Source: Rhodospirillaceae bacterium
GTDB lineage: Bacteria > Pseudomonadota > Alphaproteobacteria > UBA828
DNA length: 63,168 bases
Reading direction: 5' to 3'
Assembly (NCBI GenBank): GCA_018666805.1
Contig: JABIXB010000135.1
Span: 1-63,168 of the forward strand
Shown: in pieces, positions 53,863-63,168 of the stretch
Layout: the number at the start of each line of letters is the position of its first letter
How positions within the stretch are numbered: position 1 is the first letter of the stretch
Notes under the pieces: model-generated
What the model saw: the letters and a program-made list of their open reading frames with translations, nothing else
Database searches by the model: none
Told to the model about the DNA's origin: nothing
Made by a program: the position numbers and the translations under genes

Positions 53863-54480
53863 GTGGTGTCGAGTGGATTTCTAAGCGATAGCCGGCAGGC
53901 GGGCGAGGTGCTTTCCAGGCTCGCGGCGGAAGACGTGGCGTGTCTGCCGCTGTTGCCCGAGCCCGAATTGGCGCCGCTGCTCGATGCGGCGCGCGGGCTC
54001 AGCTACCGCACCGCCCGGGGAGAAGTCGGCGCCGGCGCGCGCGCGGTGCGGCAGGATTTCGATATCTGCATGGCGCCGCCGCGGCCTGGGCCGCTATGGG
54101 GTTTGGTGGCGCGGGTTGAGAAATTTCTTGGCAAAGCTTTTGCGGAGAACCGTCCCGCCTTGTTGGACGGACCACTCATCCTGAATGACCTCGTCGTCCA
54201 ACACTATCAAGCCGGCTCGTCCGGCATCACCGCGCACCGCGATCATGTTCGCTATACGGGTTTGGTGGCTTTGATATTGCTCTCCGGCGAGGGCGGGCGC
54301 TTTTTTGCCTGCACTGAACGCTCCGGCGAGGGCGCGCGGGAGATAATATGGCGTCCGGGCAATCTGCTGCTGATGCGCGCGCCTGGTTTCGCCGGGCGAA
54401 ATGACCGCCCCTTCCATTATCTTTCAGACGTAACGACGGAGCGCTACAGCATTGGTCTGCGCCACGACACGCAAGCATAA
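53863..54480 (+). CDS. Hypothetical protein, possible Fe(II)/2OG-oxygenase fold
   Basis: GTG start. HRD(H)...H...RYS pattern (ITAHRDH, RPFHYL, ERYSIGLR). This is a weak, motif-only assignment. Confidence 0.45.
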   Translation: MVSSGFLSDSRQAGEVLSRLAAEDVACLPLLPEPELAPLLDAARGLSYRTARGEVGAGARAVRQDFDICMAPPRPGPLWGLVARVEKFLGKAFAENRPALLDGPLILNDLVVQHYQAGSSGITAHRDHVRYTGLVALILLSGEGGRFFACTERSGEGAREIIWRPGNLLLMRAPGFAGRNDRPFHYLSDVTTERYSIGLRHDTQA

Positions 54481-54590
54481 TTCCAACAGGTCATAAAGAA
54501 TGACCCGTTTTGTGCGCCCTCAATCGCCGGGCGAGCGCATCCGCGCTCTTGGCTTACCTCGCATTCGCCCGGGCGCGCAGTCGCGCTTGC

Positions 54591-54614
54591 CAAAAGGCCA
54601 TGCGCAAAGCGCAT
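54591..54614 (-). terminator. Possible terminator after lepA
   Basis: On the minus strand ATGCGC-TTT-GCGCAT followed by GGCCTTTT, 20 nt after the lepA stop. Confidence 0.35.
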
Positions 54615-54633
54615 CGCTCTTTCGTATCAGAGG

Positions 54634-56436
54634 TTAATCTTCGCCCATCTTGAGGGCGGCGAGGAAGGCTTCGTGCGGGATTTCGACATTGCCGAACTGG
54701 CGCATGCGCTTTTTGCCGCGCTTTTGCCGGTCGAGCAGTTTGCGCTTGCGTGAGACATCGCCGCCATAGCATTTGGCGGTGACGTCCTTGCGCATCGCGC
54801 TCACCGTCTCGCGCGCCACCACCTTGCCGCCGATCGCCGCCTGGATCGCGACCTTAAAGAGCTGGCGCGGGATCAGGTCCTTCAGACGCAAACAGAGCGC
54901 CCGGCCGCGCGCCTCGGCCTGATCGCGATGCACCACCATGGAGAGTGAATCGACAGGCTCGCCATTGATCAGGATGCCGAGCTTGACCAAATTGCTCTCC
55001 TGATAGCCGTCGAGATGGTAATCGAAGCTGGCATAGCCGCGCGAGATTGATTTCAGCCGGTCGTAAAAATCGAACACCACTTCATTGAGCGGCAGGCGGT
55101 AGGTCACCAGGGCGCGGCTGCCGGCATAGGTGAGGTCGGTCTGCTCGCCGCGCTTCTCTTGGCAGAGGGCCAAAACGGGGCCGAGATATTCGTCCGGCAC
55201 CATGATGCTGGCCTTGATCCAGGGCTCGTCGATGGCGCGAATTTTGGTCGGATCGGGCATGTCAGCGGGATTGTGCAGATCAAACTCTTCGTCCTGCGTG
55301 GTGCGCAGGTGATAGACAACGCTTGGCGCCGTCGCCACCAGGTCGAGATCGAATTCACGCTCAAGCCGCTCTTCGACGATTTCGAGATGCAACAGGCCGA
55401 GGAAGCCGCAGCGGAAGCCCATGCCGAGCGCGGCCGAAGTCTCGGCTTCATAATGGAAGCTCGAATCGTTCAGGCTGAGCTTGGCCAGGCTTTCGCGCAG
55501 GCGCTCGAAATCGTCGGAATCGGCGGGAAAGAGACCACAAAAGACAACCGGCACGCTCGGCTTGAAGCCGGGCAGGGGCTCGGCGGTCTGGCGCCGCTCC
55601 TCGGTGAAGGTATCGCCGACCTCGCATTCGGAAACATCCTTGATGCTGGCGGTGATGAAGCCGATTTCACCCGGGCCGAGCGCCTCGACAATCTCGTTTT
55701 TGGGGGTAAACACACCAACGCGCTCGATATCGTGTGTCGAGCCGAGCCCCATCATGCGCACCTTAATGCCTTTTCGCAGATACCCGTCCTGCACCCGCAC
55801 CAAAATCATGACGCCGAGATATTGGTCGTACCAGCTATCGACGAGCAGCGCCTTCAGGGGCGCGTCCGCATCGCCCTCGGGCGCCGGCAGGCGCTCGACC
55901 AGGGCGTCGAGCACCTCTTTCACGCCCTCCCCGGTTTTGGCGGAAATGGGTAGCGCGTCGGTGGCATCAATGCCGACGACATCCTCAATCTGTTGCTGAA
56001 TACGCTCGGGCTCGGCCGAAGCGAGGTCGATCTTGTTGAGCACCGGGATCACTTCATGCCCGCCATCGACAGCGAGATAGGCATTGGCGAGGGTTTGCGC
56101 CTCGACCCCTTGGGTTGCATCGACCACCAGCAGCGAGCCTTCGCAGGCCGCCAACGAGCGGCTGACCTCATAGGAAAAATCGACATGGCCCGGCGTGTCG
56201 ACCAGATTGAGGGTATAGGTTTTACCGTCTTTTGCTTTGTGCTTGAGGCGCACCGTCTGCGCCTTGATGGTAATGCCGCGCTCGCGCTCGATATCCATAG
56301 AATCGAGAACCTGGCTGGTCATCTCGCGTTTTTGCAGGCCGCCGCAAATCTCGATCATGCGGTCGGCCAGGGTCGATTTGCCATGATCGATATGGGCGAT
56401 AATGGCGAAATTACGAATGAGGGCGAGATCGGTCAT
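54634..56436 (-). CDS. lepA: Translation elongation factor 4
   Basis: Contains [28 protein letters not shown] and the LepA-specific C-terminal domain. 600 aa. Confidence 0.95.
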   Translation of the reverse strand: MTDLALIRNFAIIAHIDHGKSTLADRMIEICGGLQKREMTSQVLDSMDIERERGITIKAQTVRLKHKAKDGKTYTLNLVDTPGHVDFSYEVSRSLAACEGSLLVVDATQGVEAQTLANAYLAVDGGHEVIPVLNKIDLASAEPERIQQQIEDVVGIDATDALPISAKTGEGVKEVLDALVERLPAPEGDADAPLKALLVDSWYDQYLGVMILVRVQDGYLRKGIKVRMMGLGSTHDIERVGVFTPKNEIVEALGPGEIGFITASIKDVSECEVGDTFTEERRQTAEPLPGFKPSVPVVFCGLFPADSDDFERLRESLAKLSLNDSSFHYEAETSAALGMGFRCGFLGLLHLEIVEERLEREFDLDLVATAPSVVYHLRTTQDEEFDLHNPADMPDPTKIRAIDEPWIKASIMVPDEYLGPVLALCQEKRGEQTDLTYAGSRALVTYRLPLNEVVFDFYDRLKSISRGYASFDYHLDGYQESNLVKLGILINGEPVDSLSMVVHRDQAEARGRALCLRLKDLIPRQLFKVAIQAAIGGKVVARETVSAMRKDVTAKCYGGDVSRKRKLLDRQKRGKKRMRQFGNVEIPHEAFLAALKMGED

Positions 56437-56456
56437 GTCGGTCTTTAATAATGAAT

Positions 56457-56483
56457 AAAAAAAGCGCGCCGTCCGGCCGCGCG
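56457..56483 (-). terminator. Rho-independent terminator after pheT
   Basis: On the minus strand a GC-rich 7-bp stem (one bulge, GGAC loop) is followed by T7. Confidence 0.7.
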
Positions 56484-56490
56484 GGTAGGC

Positions 56491-58899
56491 TCAGCCGCGC
56501 AGCTCTCCGCCGGCGACCTTTTTAACACTGTCGATCACCTTTTTCGCCACAGCCTCGATCTCCGCATCGGTGAGCGTGCGATCGCGGGGCTCGAGGCGGA
56601 CGGCGATGGCGAGCGATTTCTTGCCTTCGCCCACGCCTTCGCCTGCATAAATATCAAACAGGGCGACATCGGCGATCAGTTTCTTATCGACGCCGCGCGC
56701 CGCGCGCAGCACATTTTCAGCCGGCACATCGGCATCGACAATAAAGGCGAAATCGCGCTCGACGGCGGGAAAGTCGGAAATATTGAGCGCCGCGCGGGTG
56801 CGCCCGGCCTTGGCTTTGGGTGTTGGGATGGTGTCGATGAAAAGCTCGAAACCGACGAGCGGAAAATCGACATCAAGCGCCGCCAGGATCGCCGGGTGCA
56901 GCTCGCCGAAATGGCCGAGCACATTTGGCCCGAGGGCCAGAGTGCCGGAGCGCCCGGGATGGTACCATTCGGGCGCTTCGTTCTTGATCTGGAGGCTCGC
57001 CACCGGCGCACCGGCAGCACCGAGCGCCGCCAGGGCATCGGCCTTGGCATCGAAACAATCGACATCGCGCGCCGGGGTATAAGGGTTGCGGTTCACCGCC
57101 TGGCCGGCGCGCACGCCGGTGATCATGCGGTGCTGCGCCTCGGCTGTCGCGCCGGCATATTGCGGGCCGCCCTCGAACAGAGCCAGATCTGCGAAGCCGC
57201 GATCCGTGTTGCGCCGGCACGCCATCACCAGATTGGGCAGAATCGAGGGGCGCATAACATCGAGGTCGCTGCTGATCGGATTGGCGAGGGTGAGTTCTGG
57301 CGGTGCGCCACCAAAGAGCTTCGCTTGCGCCTCTGGCATAAAGGACCAGGTGACCGCTTCGGACATGCCGCGCGCGGCCAGAGCGCGGCGCGCCCAGCCG
57401 AGGCGGCGCGGCGCCAATGCGATGCCTGAGCCAGCGCGGCGCTGCAAACGCGGCAGGGAGACCGCCGGAATATTGTCGAAACCGTGGATGCGCAAGACTT
57501 CCTCGACCAGATCCGCTTCGCCAACAATATCGCCACGCCACGCCGGCGGCTCGGCGGCAATATGATCGGAGCCCAATTCCTGGGTTCCAAAGCCAAGTTT
57601 CTGCAGGATCGAATCGCAGGCCAGCGCATCCAGTTCCACGCCACCGAGAGAATGGACGCGGGACGGGCGGAAGGCGACCTCGCGCCGCCACTCGGGCACG
57701 GCGCCGGTGACAACCAGCTCGCTTGCCTCGCCGCCGCACATCTCCTGCACCAGGCGCGTTGCCGCTTCCATGCCGGGCACGGCGAATTCAGGGTCGACGC
57801 CGCGCTCAAAGCGGTAGCGCGCATCGGATTCGAGATTGAGCTTGCGCCCGGTCGCGGCTGTCCGCACCGGATCGAACAATGCAATTTCGATAAAGACGTT
57901 GGTGGTCTCTTCGGTGCAGCCCGAGCTTTCGCCGCCCATCACGCCGGCCAGGCTGAGCACGCCGTTGCCATCACCGATTGCCGTCATCTCGCCGTCGAGG
58001 GTGTATTCCTTGCCATTCAGCGCATCGAATTTGGCGCCGTCGCAGCCGGTGCGCAGCCACAGATGATCGCCGGCAACCTTATCGGCATCGAACACATGCA
58101 CCGGGCGGTTGAGATCGATGGTGAGATAATTGGTCATATCGACCAGGGCCGAGATCGGCCGGAGGCCAACCGAGAGCAGGCGGTCCTGCATCCATTTCGG
58201 GCTGGCGCCATTTTTGACGCCCTTGATATAGCGCCCGACAAAGAGCGGGCAGGCATCTTCCATGCCGTCTGAAAATTCGAAACGCACACCCAGCGGGCTT
58301 TTGAAGCTGCCCACGATTGGCGTCACGTCGGGTTCGATAAAGCGCCCCATGCCGGCGGCGGCGAGATCGCGCGCGATGCCGGAGACGCCGAGGCAATCAG
58401 CGCGGTTGGGCGTGATGGCGATATCGAACAGCGGATCATCGAGGCCCATATAGGCGGCGAAAGGCTGGCCGATTGGCGCGTCTTCGGGCAAATCGATAAT
58501 GCCCTCATGCTCATCGCTGAGACCCATCTCGCGCTCCGAGCACAGCATGCCGTTGCTCTCGACACCGCGGATCTTAGATGGCTTTAGCTTCAGCCCGGTG
58601 CCGGGAACGGTGCTGCCCGAGGGCGCGAACACGCCTTTCATGCCGGTCCGCGCATTCGGCGCGCCGCATACCACCTGGACATGCCCGTCGCCGGTATCGA
58701 CGACGCAGAGGCGCAGCTTGTCGGCGTTGGGGTGTTGTTTGGCTTCGATCACATGGGCGATATGGAAGGGTGCGAGCTTCACCGCCGGGTCTTCGATGCT
58801 CTCCACCTCGAGGCCGATGGCGGTCATGCTGGTGGCCAACTCGTCGACCGATTTATCGGTCTCGAGATATTGGCGGAGCCAGGACAGGCTGAATTTCAT
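56491..58899 (-). CDS. pheT: Phenylalanine--tRNA ligase beta subunit
   Basis: MKFSLSWL N-terminus, tRNA-binding domain, B3/4, B5 and FDX-ACB domains. 802 aa. Confidence 0.95.
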   Translation of the reverse strand: MKFSLSWLRQYLETDKSVDELATSMTAIGLEVESIEDPAVKLAPFHIAHVIEAKQHPNADKLRLCVVDTGDGHVQVVCGAPNARTGMKGVFAPSGSTVPGTGLKLKPSKIRGVESNGMLCSEREMGLSDEHEGIIDLPEDAPIGQPFAAYMGLDDPLFDIAITPNRADCLGVSGIARDLAAAGMGRFIEPDVTPIVGSFKSPLGVRFEFSDGMEDACPLFVGRYIKGVKNGASPKWMQDRLLSVGLRPISALVDMTNYLTIDLNRPVHVFDADKVAGDHLWLRTGCDGAKFDALNGKEYTLDGEMTAIGDGNGVLSLAGVMGGESSGCTEETTNVFIEIALFDPVRTAATGRKLNLESDARYRFERGVDPEFAVPGMEAATRLVQEMCGGEASELVVTGAVPEWRREVAFRPSRVHSLGGVELDALACDSILQKLGFGTQELGSDHIAAEPPAWRGDIVGEADLVEEVLRIHGFDNIPAVSLPRLQRRAGSGIALAPRRLGWARRALAARGMSEAVTWSFMPEAQAKLFGGAPPELTLANPISSDLDVMRPSILPNLVMACRRNTDRGFADLALFEGGPQYAGATAEAQHRMITGVRAGQAVNRNPYTPARDVDCFDAKADALAALGAAGAPVASLQIKNEAPEWYHPGRSGTLALGPNVLGHFGELHPAILAALDVDFPLVGFELFIDTIPTPKAKAGRTRAALNISDFPAVERDFAFIVDADVPAENVLRAARGVDKKLIADVALFDIYAGEGVGEGKKSLAIAVRLEPRDRTLTDAEIEAVAKKVIDSVKKVAGGELRG

Positions 58900-59972
58900 C
58901 GTGTCAGGCCGCCGACCAGGCTCGGCACGTCGCCGGCGGCGAAGCCGTAATGCTTCAGCCAGCGCGCATCGGCATCGTAGAATGTGCGGAGATCGGGAAT
59001 GCCATATTTCAGCATCGCCGAACGCTCGACACCGAGGCCGAAGGCGAAGCCCTGATAGCGCTCCGGATCGACGCCCGACATTTCAAGGACACGCGGATTG
59101 ACCATGCCGCAGCCGAGAATTTCCATCCAGTCGGCGCCCTCGCCGATGCGCAGCACACCGCCCTCGCGCGAGCAGCCGATATCCATTTCCGCCGAGGGTT
59201 CGGTGAACGGGAAATAGCTCGGGCGGAAGCGTACCGGTAGTTTATCAACCTCGAAGAAGGTCTTGGCGAAATCGATCAGGCAGCCCTTGAGATGCCCCAT
59301 ATGGGTGTGCTCATCGACCACCAGGCCTTCGATCTGATGAAACATCGGCGTGTGGGTGATGTCATAGTCGCAGCGATAGGTGCGGCCCGGCGCGATGATG
59401 CGGTAGGGCGGCTCGCCCGCCTTCATGGTGCGGATCTGCACCGGCGAAGTGTGGGTGCGCAACAACAGGCGCGAGCCGTCTTCGTGCTCGGGGAAATAGA
59501 AAGTGTCGTGCATCTGCCGCGCCGGGTGCTCGGGCGGGATGTTAAGGGCGGTGAAATTATGGAAATCATCCTCGATGTCCGGCCCTTCGACGATGGAAAA
59601 GCCCATATCGCCGAAAATTACCGCCATCTCGTCCAGCACCTGGCTAATGGGGTGGATGCGGCCCTCATCTTCGGGTCGTATGGGGAGGGTGATATCGACT
59701 TTCTCGCCGCCGAGACGGGCATCAAGCGCACCGCCCTCTAGTGCGGCGCGGCGCGCATCGAGCGCTTCGGTGAGTTCACCCTTGAGGCGGTTCAGTTCCT
59801 GGCCAGCCGCTTTGCGCGCCTCCGGCTCGAGCCCGCCCAGACCCTTCATGCGCTCGGTCAGGCGGCCCTTTTTGCCAAGCGCGGCGACGCGCGCCTGGTC
59901 GAGCGCCGCCAGATCGGCCGCCTGTTCGAAGGATGCGAGCAATTCCGCTCGAAGCGCTTCTAAATCCTGCAA
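58896..59972 (-). CDS. pheS: Phenylalanine--tRNA ligase alpha subunit
   Basis: Contains class-II motifs ([25 protein letters not shown]). There is no in-frame ATG near the conserved N-terminus. I call the TTG at 59972, preceded by GGAGGA ([11 protein letters not shown]...), giving 358 aa. The track ORF start at 60077 would overlap rplT. Confidence 0.9.
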   Translation of the reverse strand: MQDLEALRAELLASFEQAADLAALDQARVAALGKKGRLTERMKGLGGLEPEARKAAGQELNRLKGELTEALDARRAALEGGALDARLGGEKVDITLPIRPEDEGRIHPISQVLDEMAVIFGDMGFSIVEGPDIEDDFHNFTALNIPPEHPARQMHDTFYFPEHEDGSRLLLRTHTSPVQIRTMKAGEPPYRIIAPGRTYRCDYDITHTPMFHQIEGLVVDEHTHMGHLKGCLIDFAKTFFEVDKLPVRFRPSYFPFTEPSAEMDIGCSREGGVLRIGEGADWMEILGCGMVNPRVLEMSGVDPERYQGFAFGLGVERSAMLKYGIPDLRTFYDADARWLKHYGFAAGDVPSLVGGLTR

Positions 59973-60030
59973 GACTCTCTTTCCTCCCGGCGCCCGCCGC
60001 GAGGTGGTCGACCGTATTCTATTGCGGGCG

Positions 60031-60393
60031 TCAGTTCTTCGCGAGACTGCCGCGCGCCTGCTCGACCAGCGCTTCAAACGCCTCGGGCTCGCGCACAGCG
60101 AGATCGGCCAGGACCTTGCGGTCGATGGCGATGCCGGCCTCCGACAGGCCGTGGACGAATTTGGAATAGGTCATATCATGGGCGCGCACGGCCGCATTGA
60201 TACGCTGGATCCAAAGAGCGCGGAAATCGCGCTTGCGCGTGCGCCGGTCGCGATAGGCGTATTGCAGCCCTTTCTCGACCCGTTCGATGGCGACGCGGAA
60301 ATTGGAATTTGAGCGCCCGCGATAACCGCTGGCGCGGGCAAGCACTTTTTTATGACGGGCGTGCGATGTGACGCCCCGTTTGACGCGAGACAT
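60031..60393 (-). CDS. rplT: 50S ribosomal protein L20
   Basis: [16 protein letters not shown]... is a canonical L20 sequence. Confidence 0.95.
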   Translation of the reverse strand: MSRVKRGVTSHARHKKVLARASGYRGRSNSNFRVAIERVEKGLQYAYRDRRTRKRDFRALWIQRINAAVRAHDMTYSKFVHGLSEAGIAIDRKVLADLAVREPEAFEALVEQARGSLAKN

Positions 60394-60405
60394 AGCCGGA
60401 CTTCC

Positions 60406-60603
60406 TTAAATGTAGGGCATCCAGCGTTTTACCGCCGGCGAATTGGTTTTATCCATGACGCTCAGCCCACGATGGCTGCGGCGTACTTTCTTTGCCTGTT
60501 TGGACAAATTGTGGCGATGCTTTGCGTGGCCGCGGCGCAATTTCCCGCTGCCGGTAATCGTAAAGCGCCCTTTGGTGCTGCTCTTGGTTTTGAGCTTAGG
60601 CAT
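60406..60603 (-). CDS. rpmI: 50S ribosomal protein L35
   Basis: MPKLKTKSSTKGRF... 65 aa. Confidence 0.93.
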   Translation of the reverse strand: MPKLKTKSSTKGRFTITGSGKLRRGHAKHRHNLSKQAKKVRRSHRGLSVMDKTNSPAVKRWMPYI

Positions 60604-60631
60604 TTCTATTTCTTTCTCTCTATTTTATCGC

Positions 60632-60914
60632 CCGGCCAGCCTCATAAAAATGGCGGGAATGGGCGAAAGTCGTGACAAATCGGGTGGTTGGGCATGCCTT
60701 AAGCCGCGCCACCTCTACGAGGGGGCAGTTTGTAGCCACAGTGGCGCCAAAATGCAAGCGATAGGATGGGCTATTTACGCGACTATTTGGCCATCCAGTG
60801 GAGCACGCGCTTTTTCAGCATTTTGGGCCGGATCGGCTTGACGATGTATTCATCTCCCGCCGCTGCGGGCGAATTCACATTCCAGCGCCATGCGTTGGGC
60901 ACAAGGCTGGCCGG
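60632..60914 (-). promoter_or_regulatory. Long-range base-pairing bracketing the infC-rpmI spacer (candidate L20 autoregulatory structure)
   Basis: A perfect 10-bp complement, CCGGCCAGCC (60632-60641) vs GGCTGGCCGG (60905-60914), encloses about 263 nt. One arm is 7 nt after the infC stop and the other 28 nt before the rpmI ATG. Confidence 0.35.
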
Positions 60915-60920
60915 CAATGG

Positions 60921-61463
60921 TTACTTTTGCGTCACCACCATGGTCATTTGCCGCCCTTCCATTTTGGGCAGCTGTTCCACTTTGCTGATTTCCTCGAGAT
61001 CGTCGCGCACTCGCATCAACACCTTCATGCCGAGATCCTGATGCACCATTTCACGGCCACGGAAGCGCAAAGTGATCTTCACCTTGTCGCCTTCGCCGAG
61101 AAAGCGCCGGATGTTGCGCAGTTTAACATCATAATCGGCGGAACTGATGCCCGGGCGGAACTTCACCTCTTTGACGTCGATGGTCTTCTGCTTCTTGCGC
61201 GCCATCGCCGCTTTTTTCTGGGCTTCGTATTTGTACTTGCCATAGTCCATCAATTTACAGACGGGCGGTTCCGCGCCGGGTGAGATTTCGACCAGGTCGA
61301 AGCCACTCTCGGCGGCAAGTTCTAGTGCTCTGGCGATATCGACAACGCCAACCTGTTCACCGACTCCGTCAATGAGACGGACACTGGCCACAGCTATGTC
61401 ACTATTCACGCGCGGACCTTCGCGCTTGGGCGGAACTAAACTGGTATGCCTAACGATGCTTAT
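60921..61463 (-). CDS. infC: Translation initiation factor IF-3, probable non-AUG start
   Basis: Conserved IF-3 sequence ([37 protein letters not shown]). Homology continues upstream of the track GTG at 61409. The in-frame ATA at 61463 is preceded by GAGAGGGG. ATC at 61457 is an alternative. Confidence 0.85.
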   Translation of the reverse strand: MSIVRHTSLVPPKREGPRVNSDIAVASVRLIDGVGEQVGVVDIARALELAAESGFDLVEISPGAEPPVCKLMDYGKYKYEAQKKAAMARKKQKTIDVKEVKFRPGISSADYDVKLRNIRRFLGEGDKVKITLRFRGREMVHQDLGMKVLMRVRDDLEEISKVEQLPKMEGRQMTMVVTQK

Positions 61464-61533
61464 TCCCCTCTCTTTTCCTCAACAAATAAAGGCCGCAGAA
61501 CGGTATTTCCGGCCCGGATGCATTAAAAACCAT

Positions 61534-63168
61534 TTAATTTGCCCGCGCCAGAGGCCCTGCCGCCTCTTTTTGAAGTCTATCCACGGCCTCGTCGAGCGCA
61601 AGCACTTCTTGCTGTTTGTTGCCGAGGCGGCGCATGGCGACGGTCTGACCCTCCGCTTCGCGCCCGCCGACGGCGAGAATGACGGGCAGCTTGGCAACGC
61701 TGTGTTCGCGTACCTTAAAACCGATCTTCTCGTTGCGTAAATCCGTCTCGGCGCGGAGGCCGGCGGCGCGCAGGCGCTCGACCACTTCGCCGGCATAGGC
61801 ATCGCTGTCCTCGGTGATGGTCGCGACCACGATCTGGCGCGGCGCGAGCCAGAGCGGAAAGCGCCCGGCATGATGCTCAATCAGAATGCCGAGAAAGCGC
61901 TCGATCGAGCCGAGAATAGCGCGGTGCAGCATGACCGGGCGGTGGCGCTCGCCATCGACGCCGACATAGGACGCATCGAGCCGCTCGGGCAGGACGAAAT
62001 CGACCTGCAAGGTGCCGCACTGCCAATCGCGGCCGATCGCGTCGCGCAGCACGAATTCGAGCTTGGGGCCGTAAAACGCGCCTTCGCCGGGGTTGAGATG
62101 AACCTCGAGGCCGGCGCTTTTGACCGCTTCCATCAAGGCTCCTTCGGCGCGGTCCCAAACCTCATCGGCGCCGGCGCGCACCGGCGGCCGGTCGGCAAAA
62201 TTGACCAGCACTTTCTCGAAGCCGAAATCCTTGTAGATCGACATCAGGAGATCGCAAAAATCCTTGGTCTCGGGCGTGATTTGATCTTCGGCGCAGAAAA
62301 TATGCGCATCGTCCTGGACAAAGCCGCGCACCCGCATCAATCCGTGCAGCGCGCCGGACGGCTCGTTGCGGTGGCAGGCGCCGAATTCGGCCATGCGCAA
62401 TGGCAGGTCGCGGTAGCTTTTGATGCCCTGGCGGAAAATCTGCACATGGCCGGGGCAATTCATCGGCTTCAGCGCGAGAACACGTTCTTCCGCCTCGGTG
62501 GTGAACATATGCTCGCGGAATTTTTCCCAATGGCCGGAAGCTTCCCACAGGGTGCGGTCGACCAGCTCGGGCGTTTTGACCTCGACATATCCGGCATCGT
62601 CGAGGCGTGCGCGCATATAGTTCTGCAAGGTGCGGTAAAGCTGCCAGCCATCGGGGTGCCAAAACACCATGCCCATCGCTTCCTGCTGGAGATGGAACAA
62701 ATTCATCTCGCGCCCGAGGCGGCGGTGATCGCGTTTTTCCGCTTCTTCGAGGCGGAACAGATAGGCCTTGAGGTCTTTTTCCGTCGCCCAGGCGGTCCCG
62801 TAAATACGTTGCAGCATCTCATTGTTGGAATCGCCGCGCCAATAGGCGCCGGCAATCTTGGTTAGCTTGAAGGCGCCAATGCGCCCGGTCGAAGGCAAAT
62901 GCGGCCCACGGCAAAGGTCGATAAAATCGCCCTGGCGGTAGAGCGTGACGTCCTCGCCTTCGGGAATGGCGGCGATGAGTTCCGCCTTATAGGCCTCGCC
63001 GGCCTGGGTGAAAAATTCGACCGCCTTGTCGCGCGGCCACACTTCGCGCGTGATTTCCTCGTCGCGTTTGACGATCTCTTGCATGCGCGCTTCGATGGTG
63101 ACGAGATCGTCCGGCGTGAACGGCTCGGGCCGGGCAAAATCGTAATAGAAGCCGTCTTCGATCGCCGG
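61534..63168 (-). CDS. thrS: Threonine--tRNA ligase (5' end outside the window)
   Basis: The frame stays open to the window edge ([22 protein letters not shown]...). Contains class-II motifs, [11 protein letters not shown] and the anticodon-binding C-terminus. Confidence 0.93.
   Translation of the reverse strand, partial: PAIEDGFYYDFARPEPFTPDDLVTIEARMQEIVKRDEEITREVWPRDKAVEFFTQAGEAYKAELIAAIPEGEDVTLYRQGDFIDLCRGPHLPSTGRIGAFKLTKIAGAYWRGDSNNEMLQRIYGTAWATEKDLKAYLFRLEEAEKRDHRRLGREMNLFHLQQEAMGMVFWHPDGWQLYRTLQNYMRARLDDAGYVEVKTPELVDRTLWEASGHWEKFREHMFTTEAEERVLALKPMNCPGHVQIFRQGIKSYRDLPLRMAEFGACHRNEPSGALHGLMRVRGFVQDDAHIFCAEDQITPETKDFCDLLMSIYKDFGFEKVLVNFADRPPVRAGADEVWDRAEGALMEAVKSAGLEVHLNPGEGAFYGPKLEFVLRDAIGRDWQCGTLQVDFVLPERLDASYVGVDGERHRPVMLHRAILGSIERFLGILIEHHAGRFPLWLAPRQIVVATITEDSDAYAGEVVERLRAAGLRAETDLRNEKIGFKVREHSVAKLPVILAVGGREAEGQTVAMRRLGNKQQEVLALDEAVDRLQKEAAGPLARAN

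Noticed and set aside
54554-54772. 72-aa minus-strand ORF overlapping the 3' end of lepA
   Set aside because: It overlaps lepA in another frame, is highly basic and of low complexity, and has no start context.
60352-60841. Plus-strand ORFs (107 and 132 aa) in the rpmI-infC spacer
   Set aside because: They lie antisense to a ribosomal-protein operon and overlap rpmI and rplT. They have no recognisable domains, and their Cys/Trp/Phe-rich composition is odd.
1-63168. Defence islands, prophage, CRISPR arrays, tRNA/rRNA genes, transposases, integrases
   Set aside because: None recognised. Intergenic regions are short and every large ORF has a metabolic or housekeeping assignment. Apart from three short AT-rich promoter regions, composition looks uniform, with no sign of a horizontally acquired island.

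Overview
By eye this is a high-GC chromosomal segment. Alphaproteobacterial hallmarks include a hemC-hemD-Mic60-like-hemY arrangement, an hsp20-DUF1150 pair, TTAACCAT-type boxes, and many ATGA/TAATG overlapping gene junctions. About 60 genes are supported and most are core metabolism.

Layout, in window order:
- Heme biosynthesis cluster (1-3070, minus strand) and tsaD.
- A nine-gene Nap-like periplasmic molybdoenzyme/electron-transfer cluster (4835-12438, plus strand).
- An XRE-cupin regulator divergent from a glutamate-synthase-like trio plus a glutamine-synthetase-like gene, i.e. N-methylglutamate/gamma-glutamylamide type (12574-17736).
- A long minus-strand nucleoside uptake and catabolism operon (30626 down to 17733): BMP-type ABC transporter, cdd, PNP, deoC, a fused ALDH, deoA, deoB and a trpF paralogue.
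- Miscellaneous housekeeping genes: PhyH, LLM oxidoreductase, aspartate dehydrogenase, BI-1, ThpR, SDR, DMT transporters and a PG-binding repeat protein.
- hsp20-DUF1150, then a beta-oxidation operon (fadD, thiolase, 3HCDH/ECH, ACAD).
- A lone receiver protein, ispG, and a truncated-haemoglobin + FNR-like reductase pair.
- lepA and the canonical thrS-infC-rpmI-rplT-pheS-pheT block.

I recognised no rRNA, tRNA, CRISPR array, transposase, integrase, phage gene or obvious defence system.

Most noteworthy items:
1. The atypical Nap-like module lacks napB and napD. It carries a 5-haem NapC variant, a class-I dihaem cytochrome, duplicated NapG, and an unknown exported His-His-N-terminus protein.
2. 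A 265-nt perfectly nested three-way-junction palindrome lies between cdd and the PNP gene. Its 33-bp outer stem includes the cdd stop codon and ends 3 nt before the PNP Shine-Dalgarno sequence.
3. A trHbN gene sits directly in front of a 2Fe-2S/FNR reductase, which looks like a split flavohaemoglobin.
4. A PRAI (trpF) paralogue is the last gene of the deo operon.
5. A long-range 10-bp pairing brackets the unusually long infC-rpmI spacer, analogous to an L20 operator.

All functional calls come from my reading of the translated ORFs. No database search was run.
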